Assembly: GCA_030390025.1 (NCBI GenBank)
Contig: JASTWF010000035.1
Location: 2,728,001-2,792,000 of the forward strand
Direction of reading: 5' to 3'
DNA: 64,000 bases
Source of the DNA: Squalus acanthias
Taxonomy: Eukaryota
The position numbers and the translations under genes are program-made. The notes beneath the pieces were generated by a model. It ran no database searches. It saw only the letters and a program-made list of their open reading frames with translations, and was not told the DNA's origin. Positions within the stretch are counted from its first letter, which is position 1. Each line of letters opens with the position of its first letter. Positions 23,374 through 36,108 of this stretch are shown piece by piece.

Positions 23374-25195
23374 TTGCCTTCTTAACCACCTTATCTACTT
23401 GCCCTGCTACCTTCAGGGATCTGTGGACATGCACTCCAAGGTCCCTTTGTTCCTCTACACTACTCAGTGTCCTACCATTTAATGTGCATTCCCTTTCCTT
23501 GTTAGCCCTCCACAAATGCATTACCTCACACTTCTCCGGATTGAATTCCATTTGCCACTGTTCTGCCCACCTGACCAATTTATTGATATCTTCTTGCAGT
23601 CTACAGCTTCCTTCTTCAGTATCAACCACACAGCCGAATTTAGTATCATCTGCAAACCTCTTAATCATACCCCCTATATTCAAGTTAAGATCGTTGATAT
23701 ATACCACAAAAAGCAAGGGACCTAGCACTGAGCCCTGCGGAACCCCACTGGAAACAGTCTTCCAGTCACAAAAACACCCATCAACCATTATCCTCTGCTT
23801 CCTGTCTCCGAGCCAGGAATATTTCCCACTCCTCCCCCCCGATAGCAATGTCTGCTTCGCCCCTCTCCTTTGTGAAAACAGAAGCAAAGTATTCATTGAG
23901 AACCCTACCGACATCTCCCACCTCCACACACAGATTACCCTCATGATCTCGAATAGGCCCTACCCTTTCTTTAGTTATCCTCTTACTCTTAATATATTTG
24001 TAAAACATCTTTGGGTTTTCCTTGATTTTACTTGCCAATAATTTTTCATGCTCTTTCTTTGCTTTCCTAATATCCTTTTTAATTGCACCCCTGCACTTTC
24101 TGTACTCTAAAGATTCTGGAGTATTTAGCCCTCGGTATCTGTCATACGCCTCCCTTTTTTTCTTTATCCTATCCTGTATGTCTCTAGACATCCAGGGGGC
24201 TCTAGATTTGTTAGTCCCACCTTTTTTCTTTAAGGGCACATGTTTGGTCTGAACCCTCCGGATCTCTCCTTGAATGTCTCCCACTGCTCTGACACTGATT
24301 TACCTTATTAAAGGGGAGGGGCCTAGCACAGCACGACCCGGGGCCCAGCTGGGCCACCAGGAAGCAGAGTGCCGGCAAAAGAGCCCGGCACTCAAGAGAA
24401 GTACCAGGCTCACAGAGCACAGCCGGCACTCCGCGGGGGGTGGGGGCTGCACAGAGGGCCGGGGACAGCAGAGGGGGCAGGTGCAGGCAGGCGGCCAGCA
24501 ACAAAAATGGCCGCCCGGCACCTCCCCTTTAATTTGAACCGCCCCAGCCGCAGGTAGGACCCCTGACCCTGTCGGACATAGCATCCGGCGGTAAGTCAGG
24601 GGGCGCTACCGAGGATCGCAGCCAGGGTGCAAGCGGGACGCTGTGCACGGTGATGACATCATCGCCGGCAGCGCAGCACCGCGGGGCGCTAACGGTTACC
24701 GCTGCCACTAACCTCCCGCTGAATTTCGCAGGAGGCATTAGCGGCGCTGCGCCCAGGCGCCTCTTAGGGCGCTAACGGGAGGCACAAATCAACCGAATTT
24801 TTCCCCCACTATCTTTAAAGGTAGAATTGCACCAAGGATATCAGGCTGAGTTCGTGCTGACCAAGATTGATTGGAAATGTAAGGCTGGAAGAAAGTATTA
24901 AATTTGTAAGAGAATACTAGTTTAAAGTAGCTGAGGTATTTATAGTTTAACCTCCTGAGAATGTGAAGTCTTGAAACAGATGAAGCCGAGTTCCTGCTGT
25001 CCATAGGGAGGCTCAGAAGCCAACTGAAGAGTTATTGGTGAGGTCAAAAGAAACCCACCAATGCTGGAAATGTGGATTAATACAAAAGTAGTGGAAATGC
25101 CCATCCTCAGGCCAGTTCTGATGAAGAATCATGTCCATAACTTTAGCCTGGCTTTATCTTTTAACTGGTGATTTATCTGCAACATGCCACCCTAC

Positions 25196-25660
25196 GTGAC
25201 TCCAGTCCCATACTATGTGGTTGACTCTGAATTTCAGTACAGTGTTAAGAGAGTGCTGCACTGTCAGAGGTGCAGTCTTCGAATGAGACATTAAACCAAG
25301 GTCCTGTCTGCCCCTCACAGGTGGACGTAATAGATCCCATGCTATTTGAAGAAGAGCAAGTGAGTTCTCCCCGGTGTCCTGCCCAACATTTATCCCTCAA
25401 CCAGATGATTTGGTTACTTATTTCATTGCTGTTTGTGGGACCTTGCTGTGTGCAAATTGGCTACCCCATTTCCAACATTACAACAGTGACTACACTTCAA
25501 AAGTACTTCACTGGCTGTAAAGCGCTTTGGGATGCCCTGAGATCGTGAAATAAGCTATAGAAATGCAAGTTTTTTAATTCTTTCTTTAATGCCTTCGGGA
25601 CAACTAAGGATGGGCAGTAAATATTGTCTTGCCAGCGTCACCCACATCCAAAAAGACAAA
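25196..25660 (+). mobile_element. Degenerate SINE related to the body and tail of the tRNA-headed element, split by a DeuSINE-like insertion
   Basis: GTGACTCCAGTCCCATACTATGTGGTTGACTCT (25197-25229) and GGATGGGCAGTAAATATTGTCTTGCCAGCGTCACCCACATCC (about 25608-25650) correspond to the body and tail of 14055-17315. Confidence 0.65.
25232..25587 (+). mobile_element. DeuSINE-like element (SacSINE1/AmnSINE1 type), 5'-truncated
   Basis: GAGTGCTGCACTGTCAGAGGTG...AGATCCCATG...GAAGAAGAGCA...TTGCTGTTTGTGGGACCTTGCTGTGTGCAAATTGGCT...TGTAAAGCGCTTTGGGA...AAATGCAAG; family recognised from memory, not by search. Confidence 0.7.
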
Positions 25661-25803
25661 TAAAATAAGTGTGATAAGTTTCATTGTACCAGGTTTAGTA
25701 CCTGTTCATTTGGTGTTTGCTTTGGAGCTGGTAAGGTGCGTTCACCCGTAAACAGATGTGTTGAAAGGATACCATTGTGTTTTATTACCTGTTATTATTT
25801 TAG

Positions 25804-25971
<168 letters not shown>

Positions 25972-27409
25972 TAGTGCTGATCACGGTGAGTTGGAGGATA
26001 CAGTCTGTCACTCTCCTGATTATGATCGAGCTGTCAACACTTCTGCTGTCTACTGCACTGTGTGCCGGCCGATGCTAAAATGGCCAACATGGCTTGTACT
26101 CAGCATTGTCACAATGCTGACTATTCACTCATAACTGTCTCAGCTCGGAAATGCTAACCTACCCCTGCCCAGTAACAGTGTCAAATACGAGAAATAACAA
26201 AACATATTATCGAGAATAAGCATTCAATTAAAAATTCAACTCACTGTTTTCTGAATCTGACTCAGTAAAATATTAAGATAATTTACACCATTGAGTAAAA
26301 CATAGAAATGATTTAATAAATATTATACAATAAAAAATAGATATTCACCTAATGTAACTAAGTAAAATGTTTAAATTATTAAAGTTAATTGCAGGTGAAT
26401 ATGTTTTGGTATGCATGTAAATTAAAATGAGTATTTATGAATCTAAAAATGACTCGTCGACCTCCCGTGCAGTTGCACACGGGGAGTTAAAATCCAGTGT
26501 ATTGTTCAGGTGAAGTGGGGTTAGAGGGCAGTGGGGGTAATTGGACCAGAGAATGCAAACCTAATTCAATCTCCATTTTAAAGTCAGGCATTCTGTCCTT
26601 ATTTTTATATTTCCATTACAGAGTTCTGTGTGCACATTTATAATGGAAACTGACGATATAAACTTGTCCTGTAATTTGACCCTCCTGCCAGTGGTGGCCC
26701 TGCAGCACCCCTCTGGTTTGGGGATGGGGGAGGAGGGTGAATATAAGCACATTTTCATTAAACATATAGACATAGGAATTTACACTGGAAAAATATTGAC
26801 ATGAAGTGCATGTAGACATCAAACTTTAATATATTACTGGTTCATCTCCCGTGCCGTTACACACAGTTTGTTGGAAAATATGGTCTCTTACCTGACTCTG
26901 ATGTCTTCATGTTATGATTTCTCTCTTTCTCTGGTTCTGTTCCTCTCTTTCTCTTCTCTTCCATTCACCTTTCTTTTTGCTTCTCTCTGTCTTCTTAAGA
27001 TGAACGGTGGTGGGTGGTATGGCAGGGAAAGGAGCCACTAACAGTTGAAGGCTGCAGCTACTCTTGCTTCCCCCCAAAGCTTTACTTCAATTGAATCCCC
27101 TACCCTTTCCCCTTCCTACCAGACCCTCACTGCCATCTCTACCTGCCTCATCCCCTTTCAACTACCTGCTCAATCCCCCTGTCCTCCCCTCCCCTTGCTC
27201 TGCTCTTACTCACCACCCTTAACCGTCAATCTACTCTTCCCATTCCCAGTTGCTTCCCCCAAGGGAAGGTGGTGAGAGCCCAGAAATCTCCTCATCTACA
27301 GCCAGTTTCCCTTCTTTCTTCCCCTCTTACCCTTCCTTTCTATCTGTTTCCCTCAAAGAGGCTTTGTTTCCTTTCAAAATTGCACATGTTCTTTTAAAAA
27401 ATAAATTTA

Positions 27410-28975
27410 ATAGCCTACATCCTAGGGTTTTGAAAGAGTTGGCTGTAGAGATAGTGGATGCATTGGTTGTCATTTTCCAAAATTCCATAGATTCTCAAAT
27501 GGTTCCTGTGGATTGGAAGGTAGCAAATGTAACCCCACTATTTAAGAAAGGAGGGAGAGAGAAAAACGGGAAACTACAGACCAGTTAGCCTGACATCAGT
27601 AGTAGGGAAAATGCTAGAATCTGTTATTAAGGATGTGGTAACAGGGCACTTAGAAAATAATAATAGGATTGGGCAGAGTCAACACGGATTTATGAAAGGG
27701 AAATCGTGTTTGACAAATCTGTTAGAGTTTTTTGAGGTTGTAACTAGCAGAATAGATAAGGAGGAACCAGTGGATGTGGTGTATTTGGATTTTTAGAAGG
27801 CATTCGATAAGATGCCACACAAGAGGTTATTAAACAAAATTATGGATCATGGGATTAGGGGTAATATACTAGCATGGATTGAGGATTGGTTAACGGACAG
27901 AAAACAGAGAGTAGGAATAAACGGGTCATTTTCGGGTTGGCAGGCTGTAACTGTTGGGGTACCACAAGGATCAGTGCTTGGGCCTCGGCTATTCACAATC
28001 TACATCAGTGATTTTGATGAGGGGACCAAATGTAATATATCCAAGTTTTCTGATGATACAAAGCTGGGTGGGAATGTAAGTTGTGAGGAGGATGCAAGGA
28101 GGCTTCAAGGGGATATAGACAGGCTAAGTGAGTGGGCAAGAACATGGCAAATGGAATATAATGTGGAGAAATGTGAAGTTATCCACTTTGGTAGGAAAAA
28201 TAGAAAAGCAGAGTATTTTTTAAATGGTGAGAGATTGGGAAATGTTGGTGTTCAGAGGGACCTGGGTGTCCTTGTACACGAATCACTGAAAATTAACATG
28301 CAGGTACAGCAAGCAATTAGGAAAGCAAATGGTATGTTGGCCTTTATTACAAGAGGATTTGAGTATAAGAGTAAAGACATCTTACTGCAATTACATAGGG
28401 CCCTGGTGAGACCACACCTGGAGTACTGTGTACAGTTTTAGTCTCCTTACCTAAGGAAGGATATACTTGCCATAGAGGGAGTGCAACGAAGGTTCACCAG
28501 ACTGGTTCCTGTGATGGGGGGATTGTCCTATGTGGAGAGATTGAGTAGAGTAGAGCATATTCTCTAGAGTTTAGAAGAATGAGAGGTGATCTCATTGAAA
28601 CATACAAAATTCTTACAGGGCTTGACAGGGTAGATGCAGGGAGGATGTTTCCCCTGGCTGGGGAGTCTAGAACCAGGGGTCACAGTCTCAGAATAAGGGG
28701 TCGGCCATTTAGGACTGAGATGAGGAGAAATGTCGTCACTCAGAGGATGGTGAATCTTTGGAATTCTCTACCCCAGAGGGCTGTGGAAGCTCAGTCGTTG
28801 AGTATATTCAAGACAGAGATCGATAGATTTTTGAATATTAAGGGAATCAAGGGATATGGGGATAGTGCAGGAAAGTGGAGATGAAGTAGAAGATCAGCCA
28901 TGATCTTATTGAATGGCGGAGCAGGCTCGAAGGGCCAAATGGCCTGCTCCTGCTCCTAAATCTTATGTTTTTATG
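27410..28975 (+). mobile_element. 5'-truncated CR1 LINE, several stops and frameshifts
   Basis: ORF fragments 27250-28884 with RT motifs and a CR1 tail. Confidence 0.92.
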
Positions 28976-29239
28976 AATGAAAAAAGTAACTGTCACCTTT
29001 CTATCTATCTGTGTCTTTCGCTTTGTATCTCATAGGTGTTAGAATTAGAATCTGTTTTATGGGTGTAAGTGATTAGCATTTACCTTGTCTGTCAACATAT
29101 GAAGGAATAAGCCATATAACCTATTCAGAAAAATAAACCATTCTATGAAAGAATTCTGGCCTTATTAAAACATGACAAACTGGGTTTGGAAATTTGGTAT
29201 TCTCAACAATCTAAAGCTGTAACAGCAGACAGGCTATTA

Positions 29240-30132
29240 GGGGGAAAAATTAGGTCGCGCCCCATTTGGGGCGCAAATATCGTCTGGACGCAAATATTAG
29301 CGCCTGGCGCTAATTATCGGCACTGACTGCAAACTTCACTTTTACCGCCCCGGGAGGTGAGTGGAGCGCTAAATCAGGCGCTGCACACCTGTCTTAAGGC
29401 GCAAAGGCCAAGGAGTGAGGCGCTAACTCAGAGCGCTGGCGAAGCTCATGTAATGTCAGTCAGCAATGGAACACACACACAATGGCACGGGTCAGTTCTT
29501 AAAGGGGATGGTTAATCTTGCTTTCCATCCACATCCTGTTCATTGCAGCCTTGAATCTCGGCCTGGAGAGACTTGCACATCAAATGTGCTGGAAAGAACA
29601 ATGGAGAGTACCAGGCAAAGAGCTCAGAGTGCAGCTCCCACAGTCTCTGCTAAATCGATACAAGGAATGGCAAATCAAAATGAACCTGCAAAGTGCTGCT
29701 CAGTACCCAAAACTCCTTCACACAACGTTGAATCTCTCCAGAAGTCTCTCCCTCTCTCTCTCAGAATGCGTAGTTCAAAAATGCCACCAACAATAAAAGA
29801 CAGGAAGAGGCCCCTTTTAAATAGCGCCCCCCCCAGCCCCACAGCGATTGATAGCGTTCCAGTCTTCTGGTCGTTGGATGCGCCAGGCGGTAAGGCAGGG
29901 GGCGCCACTCAATTTCCGCTCCGGGGCGCCACAAGGGCGTTGCACCATGGAATGACGTCACAATCTGCGCGTGCAGGTGGTCGCAGCGGTAAAGTTTAGC
30001 GCCGCCGCACAATCTCTAGTTAAGTTCCCGAGCGGCGCAAACATCGCTGCGCCCGGGCGTTAGCGGCTTTGCGCCCCATTAGCGCCCTCTTAAGGCGCTA
30101 ACGGGAGGCGCAACCAACTGAATTTTTACCCC
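29240..30132 (-). mobile_element. Non-autonomous Harbinger (MITE, 893 bp), relative of element 47267-51518
   Basis: TIRs GGGGGAAAAATT / AATTTTTACCCC, TSD TTA (29237-29239, 30133-30135); both ends closely match the two ends of the autonomous element. Confidence 0.92.
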
Positions 30133-30143
30133 TTAGAGTCATA

Positions 30144-31036
30144 GGGGGAAAAATTCAGTTGGTTGCGCCTCTCGTTAGCGCCTTAAGAGAGCGCTAATGG
30201 GGTGCAAAGCAGCTAGCGCCCAGGCGCGGCGAAGTTTGCGCCGCTCGCGAAATTAACTAGACATTTTGCGGCGGCGCTAAACACTACCGCCACGATCTCC
30301 TGCGCCCACAGATCGTGACGTCAGTCGAGTGCGCAACGCCCCGGTATCGCCCCGGAGCGGATATTGAGTGGCGCCCCCTGCCTTACCGCCTGACGCTAGC
30401 AACGACAGGTTGAGGGGAGCGTTCTGCAATCATGAAGGGAAAGGGGGAGCGCTATTTAAAGGTGACTGCTTCCTGCCTTTTATTGTTGGTGCCATTTTTT
30501 AACTACGCATTCTGAGAGAGAGAGGGAGAGACTTCTGGAGAGATTCAACGTTGTGTGAAGGAGTTTTGGGTACTGAGCAGCACTTTGCAGGTTCATTTTG
30601 ATTTGCCATTCCTTGTATCGATTTAGAAGAGACTGTGGGGGCAGCACTCTGAGCTCTTTGCCTGGTACTCTCCATTGTTCTTTCCAGCAGATTTGATGTG
30701 CAGGTCTCTCCAGGCCGAGATTCAAGGCTGCAATGAGCAGGATGTGGATGGAAAGCAAGATTAACCATTCCCTTTAAGAACTGGCCCGTGCCATTGTGTG
30801 TGTGTTCCATTGCTGACTGACATTACATGAGCTTCGCCAGCGCTCTGAGGTAGCGCCTCGCTCCTCGGCCTTTGCGCCTTAAGACAGGTGTGAAGCGCCT
30901 GATTTAGCGCTCCAATCACCTCCAGGGGCGATAAAAGTCAAGTTTGCAGTCGGTGGCGATAATTAGCGCCAGGCGCTAATCTTTGCGCCCGGCCGATAAT
31001 TGCGCCCCAAATGGGGCGATACTGAATTTCTCCCCC
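30144..31036 (+). mobile_element. Second copy of the same MITE family (893 bp), inverted relative to the first
   Basis: TIRs GGGGGAAAAATTCAGT / ACTGAATTTCTCCCCC, TSD ATA/ATC; inserted in the ATAGAGT-type tail of the adjacent CR1. Confidence 0.9.
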
Positions 31037-33965
31037 ATCGAGTTATACAGCACGAATAGAGGCCCTTCAGCCCATCGTGTCCGCGCCGGCCATCAAGCCC
31101 TGTCTAATCTAATCCCATATTCCAGCATTTGGTCCGTAGCCTTGTATGCTATGGCATTTGAAGTGCTCACCTAAATGCTTCTTGAATGTTGTGAGGGTTC
31201 CTGCTCCACAACCCTTTCAGGCAGTGAGTTCCAGACTCCAACCACCCTCTGGTTGAAAAAGTTCTTTCTCAAATCCCTTCTAAACCTCCCGCCCTTTACC
31301 TTGAATCTATGCCCCCTTGTTATAGACCCCTCTACTAAGGGAAAAAGCTCCTTAGTATCCATCCTATCTATGCCCCTCATAATTTTGTACACCTCAATCA
31401 TGTCCCCCCTCAGCCTCCTCTGCTCCAAGGAAAACAAACCCAATCTGCCCAGTCTCTCTTCATAGCTGAAGCACTCCAGCCCGGGTAACATTCTGGTGAA
31501 TCTCCTCTGCACCCTCTCCAAAGTGATCACATGCTTCCTGTAGTGTGGCGACCAGAACTGCACACAGTATTCCAGATGTGGCCTAACCAGTGTTTTATAC
31601 AGCTCCATCATAACCTCCTTGCTCTTATATTCTATGCCTCGGCTAATGAATGCAAGTATCCCATATGCCTTTTTTACCACCTTATCCACCTGTTCCGCCG
31701 CCTTCAGGGATCTGTGTACTTGCACACCAAGATCCCTCTGACCCTCCGTCTTGCCTCGGGTCTTACCATTCATTGTGTATTCCCTTGCCTTGTTAGTCCC
31801 TCCAAAGTGCATCACCTCGCACTTTTCCGGATTAAATTCCATTTGCCACTGTTCCGCCCATCTGACCAACCCATCTATATCGTCCTGCAGACTGAGGCTA
31901 CCCTCCTCGCTATTTACCACCCTACCAATTTTTGTATCATCCGCGAACTTACTGATCATACCTTTTACATTCATATCCAAGTCGTTAATGTAGACCTCAA
32001 ACAGCAAGGAACCCAGCACCGGTCCCTGTGGTACCCCACTGGCCACAGGCTTCCAGTCACAAAAACAACCTTCGACCACCACCCTCTGCCTTCTGCCACT
32101 GAGCCAGTTTTGTATCCAATGTGCCAAGGCACCCTGGATTCCATGGGCTCTTACCTTCTTGACCAGTCTCCTGTGCGGGACTTTATCGAAGGCCTTACTG
32201 AAATCCATGTATACCACATCCACTGCGTTACCCTCATCCACACACCTAGTCACCCCCTCAAAAAATTCAATCAAATTAGTCAGACATGATCTTCCCTTGA
32301 CAAAGCCATGTTGGCTAACCCTGATTAATCCTTGCCTCTCCAAGTGGAGACTGATTTTGTCCCTCAGAATTTTTTCCAATAATTTTCCTACCACTGATGT
32401 TAGGCTCACTGGCCTGTAGTTCCCCGGTTTTTCCCTACTCCCTTTCTTGAATAATGGTACTACATTAGCGGTTCTCCAGTCCTCTGGCACATCCCCTGTG
32501 GCCAGAGAGGTTCTGAATATATGTGTTAGAGCCCCCGCAATCTCCTCCTTTGCCTCACACAGCAGCCTGGGATACATTTCGTCCAGACCTGGGGATTTAT
32601 CCATTTTCAGACCTGCTAAAACCGCCAATACCTCCTCCCTCTCGATGTTAAAATGTTCGAGTATATCACAGTCCCCCTGCCCTAATTTTATGTCTGCATC
32701 GTCCTTCTCCATAGTGAAAACAGATGCAAAAAATTCATTTAGAACCCCACCTACATCTTCCGGCTCCACACACACATTGCCACTTTTGTCCCTAATGGGC
32801 CCTATCTTTTCCCTAGTTATCCTCTTACCCTTAATATACTTATAAAACATCTTAGGATTTTCCTTTATTTTGCTCGCCAGTGTTATTTCATGGCCCCTCT
32901 TTGATCTCCTAATTCCTTTTTTAAGTATCCCCTGCACTTTTTGTACTCCTCTAGTGCTTCCTCTGTCTTTAGCATTTTGTATCTGCCAAAAGCCCTCCTT
33001 TTTTTCCTGATCCATTCTCGTATATCCCCTGACATCCAAGGTTCCCTGCGGTTTTTGGAACCACCCTTGACCTTTACGGGAACATGCTGCCATTATATGA
33101 TCTCAATCTCCCGTCTGAAAGAATCCCATTGCTCCGATGCGGATTTTCCTACAAGCAGCTGATCCCAGTCCATTTTGGCCAGATCCTGCCTTATCCTATT
33201 AAAATCGGCCTTCCCCCAATTTAGAACCTTTATTTCCGGCCCATCCCTGTCCTTTTCCATGACCACCTTAAATCTCACCGTATTATGGTCACTGTCACCA
33301 AAGTGCTCACCTACTAGCACTTCTTCCACTTGGCCGGCCACATTCCCTAGAATTAGGTCTAGTACCGCCCCCTCTCTTGTAGGACTTTCTACATGCTGGC
33401 TCAAAAAGCTCTCCTGGATGCACTTCAAGAATTTTGAACCCTCTAAGCCTTTCACACTCTGACTATCCCAGTTAATATTGGGGAAGTTGAAATCCCCCAT
33501 TATTATTACCCTATTATTTGCACATTTCTCTGAGATTTGCCTACATATCTGTTCCTCTATCTCCCCCTGACTGTTTGGGGGCCTATAGTACGCTCCCAGC
33601 AAAGTGCTTGCCCCCTTTTTGTTTTTAAGCTCCACCCATATAGCCTCATTGGAGGAACCTGCTAATATATCATCCCTCCTTATGGCTGTAATTGATTCCT
33701 TAGTTAATATTGCGACACCCCCTCCTCTTATACCTCCCCCTCTGTCTCGCCTGAAGATTCTGTACCCCGGAATATTGAGCTGCCAGTCTTGCCCCTCCCT
33801 CAACCATGTCTCCGTGATAGCAACAATATCATACTCCCATGTGTTTATCAACACCTTCAGTTCATCCACCTTATTCGCTAGACTCCTTGCATTAAAATAG
33901 ATGCCTTCTAGCCTTGCTCTTACATGTTTGCCCTGTCTTCCAAGCTGACTTGTTTTTTTCTCTAT
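31037..33965 (-). mobile_element. CR1 LINE with nearly complete ORF2 (APE + RT), few frameshifts
   Basis: ORFs 33093-33869 (ITETWL, GDFN, SDH) and 31171-33093 (DFSKAFD, KFADD). Confidence 0.95.
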
Positions 33966-33989
33966 ATTTGACTATTGAGATAAGATAGT

Positions 33990-34960
33990 TGTTGACACTG
34001 AATCAATAACCTTATTGAAGCAGAAGGTTGAAGGCTCCTGACGGTCTGAATCTTTGGGAGCAGACAATGGTTCACCCTGTATAAGGTGTTCTAATTTACA
34101 CTTCGTAAAAAGGCACAAACAGAAGGGCTTAGTAAAAATGGCATCAAATGAAATGCACCTGCTGTTACACCATTTTTTATGGTAAGCTTCGAACACCTAG
34201 GGTAGAGACACGATTCTGTATTGCTACCAGCTGAGGTGATTGTAAGAACTGCAGGGGTCAGCAGAAAAATGACTAGAGATAATTAGCTTACATCAGCAGA
34301 AAACCTTAAAGGGAATACCACTGGAAAAGGGTATAAATATTGAGCTTTCAAATGGGATAATAGATTCGCTGTAAAGGGGCAAGCAATTCTCAGGCTTCAG
34401 AGGCGGCTCTGTAAGTCTACAACTCTTTGTATCTCGGGGATCAAGGTACTGTATTTGATTTTGGTGGATATCATGAATAAGACTAAGAACTGTAAAACTG
34501 TAGCGAAGTTAAGATTTGAGAATAAGGATATCTGATAATAAGATGGTAAAAGCTTTCTCTTTTTGGAACTGTTAATGTTGCGATTGACTCACCAACAGTA
34601 AATTACATGTCGGTTCTTTAATAAATCTATATATTTTTAGAATTATCTCACATAATACTTCTGTATCAAACTCTCGAACTCAATTTCGGTACACTCTTTG
34701 GTGAGGAGTTGCAGCACTCTGGGGGAGTTTTCCGGACCCTCATAATATCCGGAACGTTACAGTCTAGCTAAACTTATTAAAAGTGCTATCTGGAGGACGG
34801 TAACATTTTCAGGTTGTTCCTTTCCATTAGGGAGAGATAGTCCGGACCTTTAGACCCAATTAAGCGTCTTTAGGATTCGGCTACCTCAAACTTTAGTTGA
34901 AAGTGAATGTCTGAGGAATACGCCTAATCTGGGGTAGCCCTAAAGGGGCTAGGACTAGTA
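33990..34960 (+). mobile_element. Possible LTR plus leader remnant of an LTR retroelement
   Basis: TATAAATA at 34332, AATAAA at 34620, ...GGTACA ending 34693, followed after 5 nt by TGGTGAGG (PBS-like); no second LTR, TSD or ORF seen. Confidence 0.3.
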
Positions 34961-35970
34961 ATTATCCTTTCAAACAAAACAAGTAACATAATTGGTATCA
35001 AAATTCAACTTGTGTTTTTTTTTTAATTATGTATTATTAAATGAAGAAACACGCTCTGTCATTTATTCCCACTCCTACTCTCTCTCTGACCCCAATCTCT
35101 CTGAGCTTAATGCATTTGCTACAGTTCATAGAACACAAAAGCTACAATAGGTGTATAATCAGAACATTGTCTTTCTCTATCACGCACTTTTAAGAAAAAC
35201 ATTCAATATGAATTCTGCCTCAATAAACTTCTGAAATTCATCCCCTCATTTTTCAAAATTCTTTGAAAAAAAACTATCAAGCTGAAAGTGCTAGAAGCCA
35301 AAGAAAAAGACTCCATCAGTACAGCTGACTAAACGGAACTGGTGCATCCTGACAATTTGATACATTGCACATGCTCAGACTGCACAATCCAAATTCAGCC
35401 CAGACTTTCGGGAAAAGCTGAGGTCTTCAAGTAACAACTTCAGTGAGCCTACTAAAAGACAGTGGATAAGTGTAATCATCCTATTGCTAAATATTTTGTT
35501 TAAACTCTTATTTTGAACCTTTGAAACTTTCGTTATTGAAGGACACAAACTTTTGGGAAACATTTTTAGTGACTCATACAGTCAGCAAGCTGTATTATAG
35601 ATAGATATAATCAACCTTAAAGAGGATTCAATGCATAAACTATTTATTGAAAATATTATTTAAAAAATACAAATGGCTATTAAATATGTATGAATTAAAA
35701 ACATTACATTTACATAAATATTAAAAATGATTAAATAAATAATTCTGAATTGTAAAAGACTGGGCGGGTCCAAGCGGGTGAAGCAGAGCGGCCCAGGAGT
35801 GTTCTGGCAGTCGGGGCTACGGGGCGACAGCAACGGCTCCGAATTACAGCAAGTACAAGGAAGGGATAAACTCACAGTGAAATGGCTGGAATATTGAATC
35901 ATTACTTTGCCTCAGTATTTACCAGGGAGACTAACAAGGTGGGCATGGCATTAGAAGAACAGATCAAAAA

Positions 35971-36108
35971 GGATGGCAAAATCATACAGCATGAAAAATG
36001 GGAGCAGGGGTTAAAGTTTGAAATTGTTGAACTCAATGTTGAGTCCAGAAGGCTGTTTACAACTTTAACCCCTGCTCCCATTTTTCATGCTGTATGATTT
36101 TGCCATCC
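35971..36108. repeat. Perfect 48-bp inverted repeat with 42-nt spacer
   Basis: 35971-36018 is the exact reverse complement of 36061-36108. Confidence 0.92.

Larger units (their letters stand above)
20720..24303 (-). mobile_element. CR1 LINE (pieces about 20720-21361 and 23374-24303) interrupted by a second CR1
   Basis: ORF 20885-21352 (MLAFISRGIEYK...) continues in ORF 23354-23944 (...VVKKA); internal deletion near 23817. Confidence 0.85.
20530..24807. mobile_element. Harbinger-type MITE split by nested CR1 insertions (arms about 20530-20719 and 24304-24807)
   Basis: TIRs GGGGGAAAAATT / AATTTTTCCCCC, TSD ACT at 20527-20529 and 24808-24810; GCGCC-rich subterminal sequence related to the element at 47267-51518. 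Confidence 0.85.

Noticed and set aside
25060..25170. Third hammerhead-like copy (CAGTTCTGATGAAG)
   Set aside because: The GAAAC half of the core is missing, so it is too degenerate to call.
26915..27100. Long pyrimidine tract followed by AG as the acceptor of the ADAM transmembrane exon
   Set aside because: The in-phase reading has no hydrophobic segment and soon reaches a stop; it is more likely low-complexity sequence.
29466..30810. Duplicated ORFs MEHTHNGTGQFLKG... suggesting a gene pair
   Set aside because: They are chance frames inside the two inverted MITE copies.
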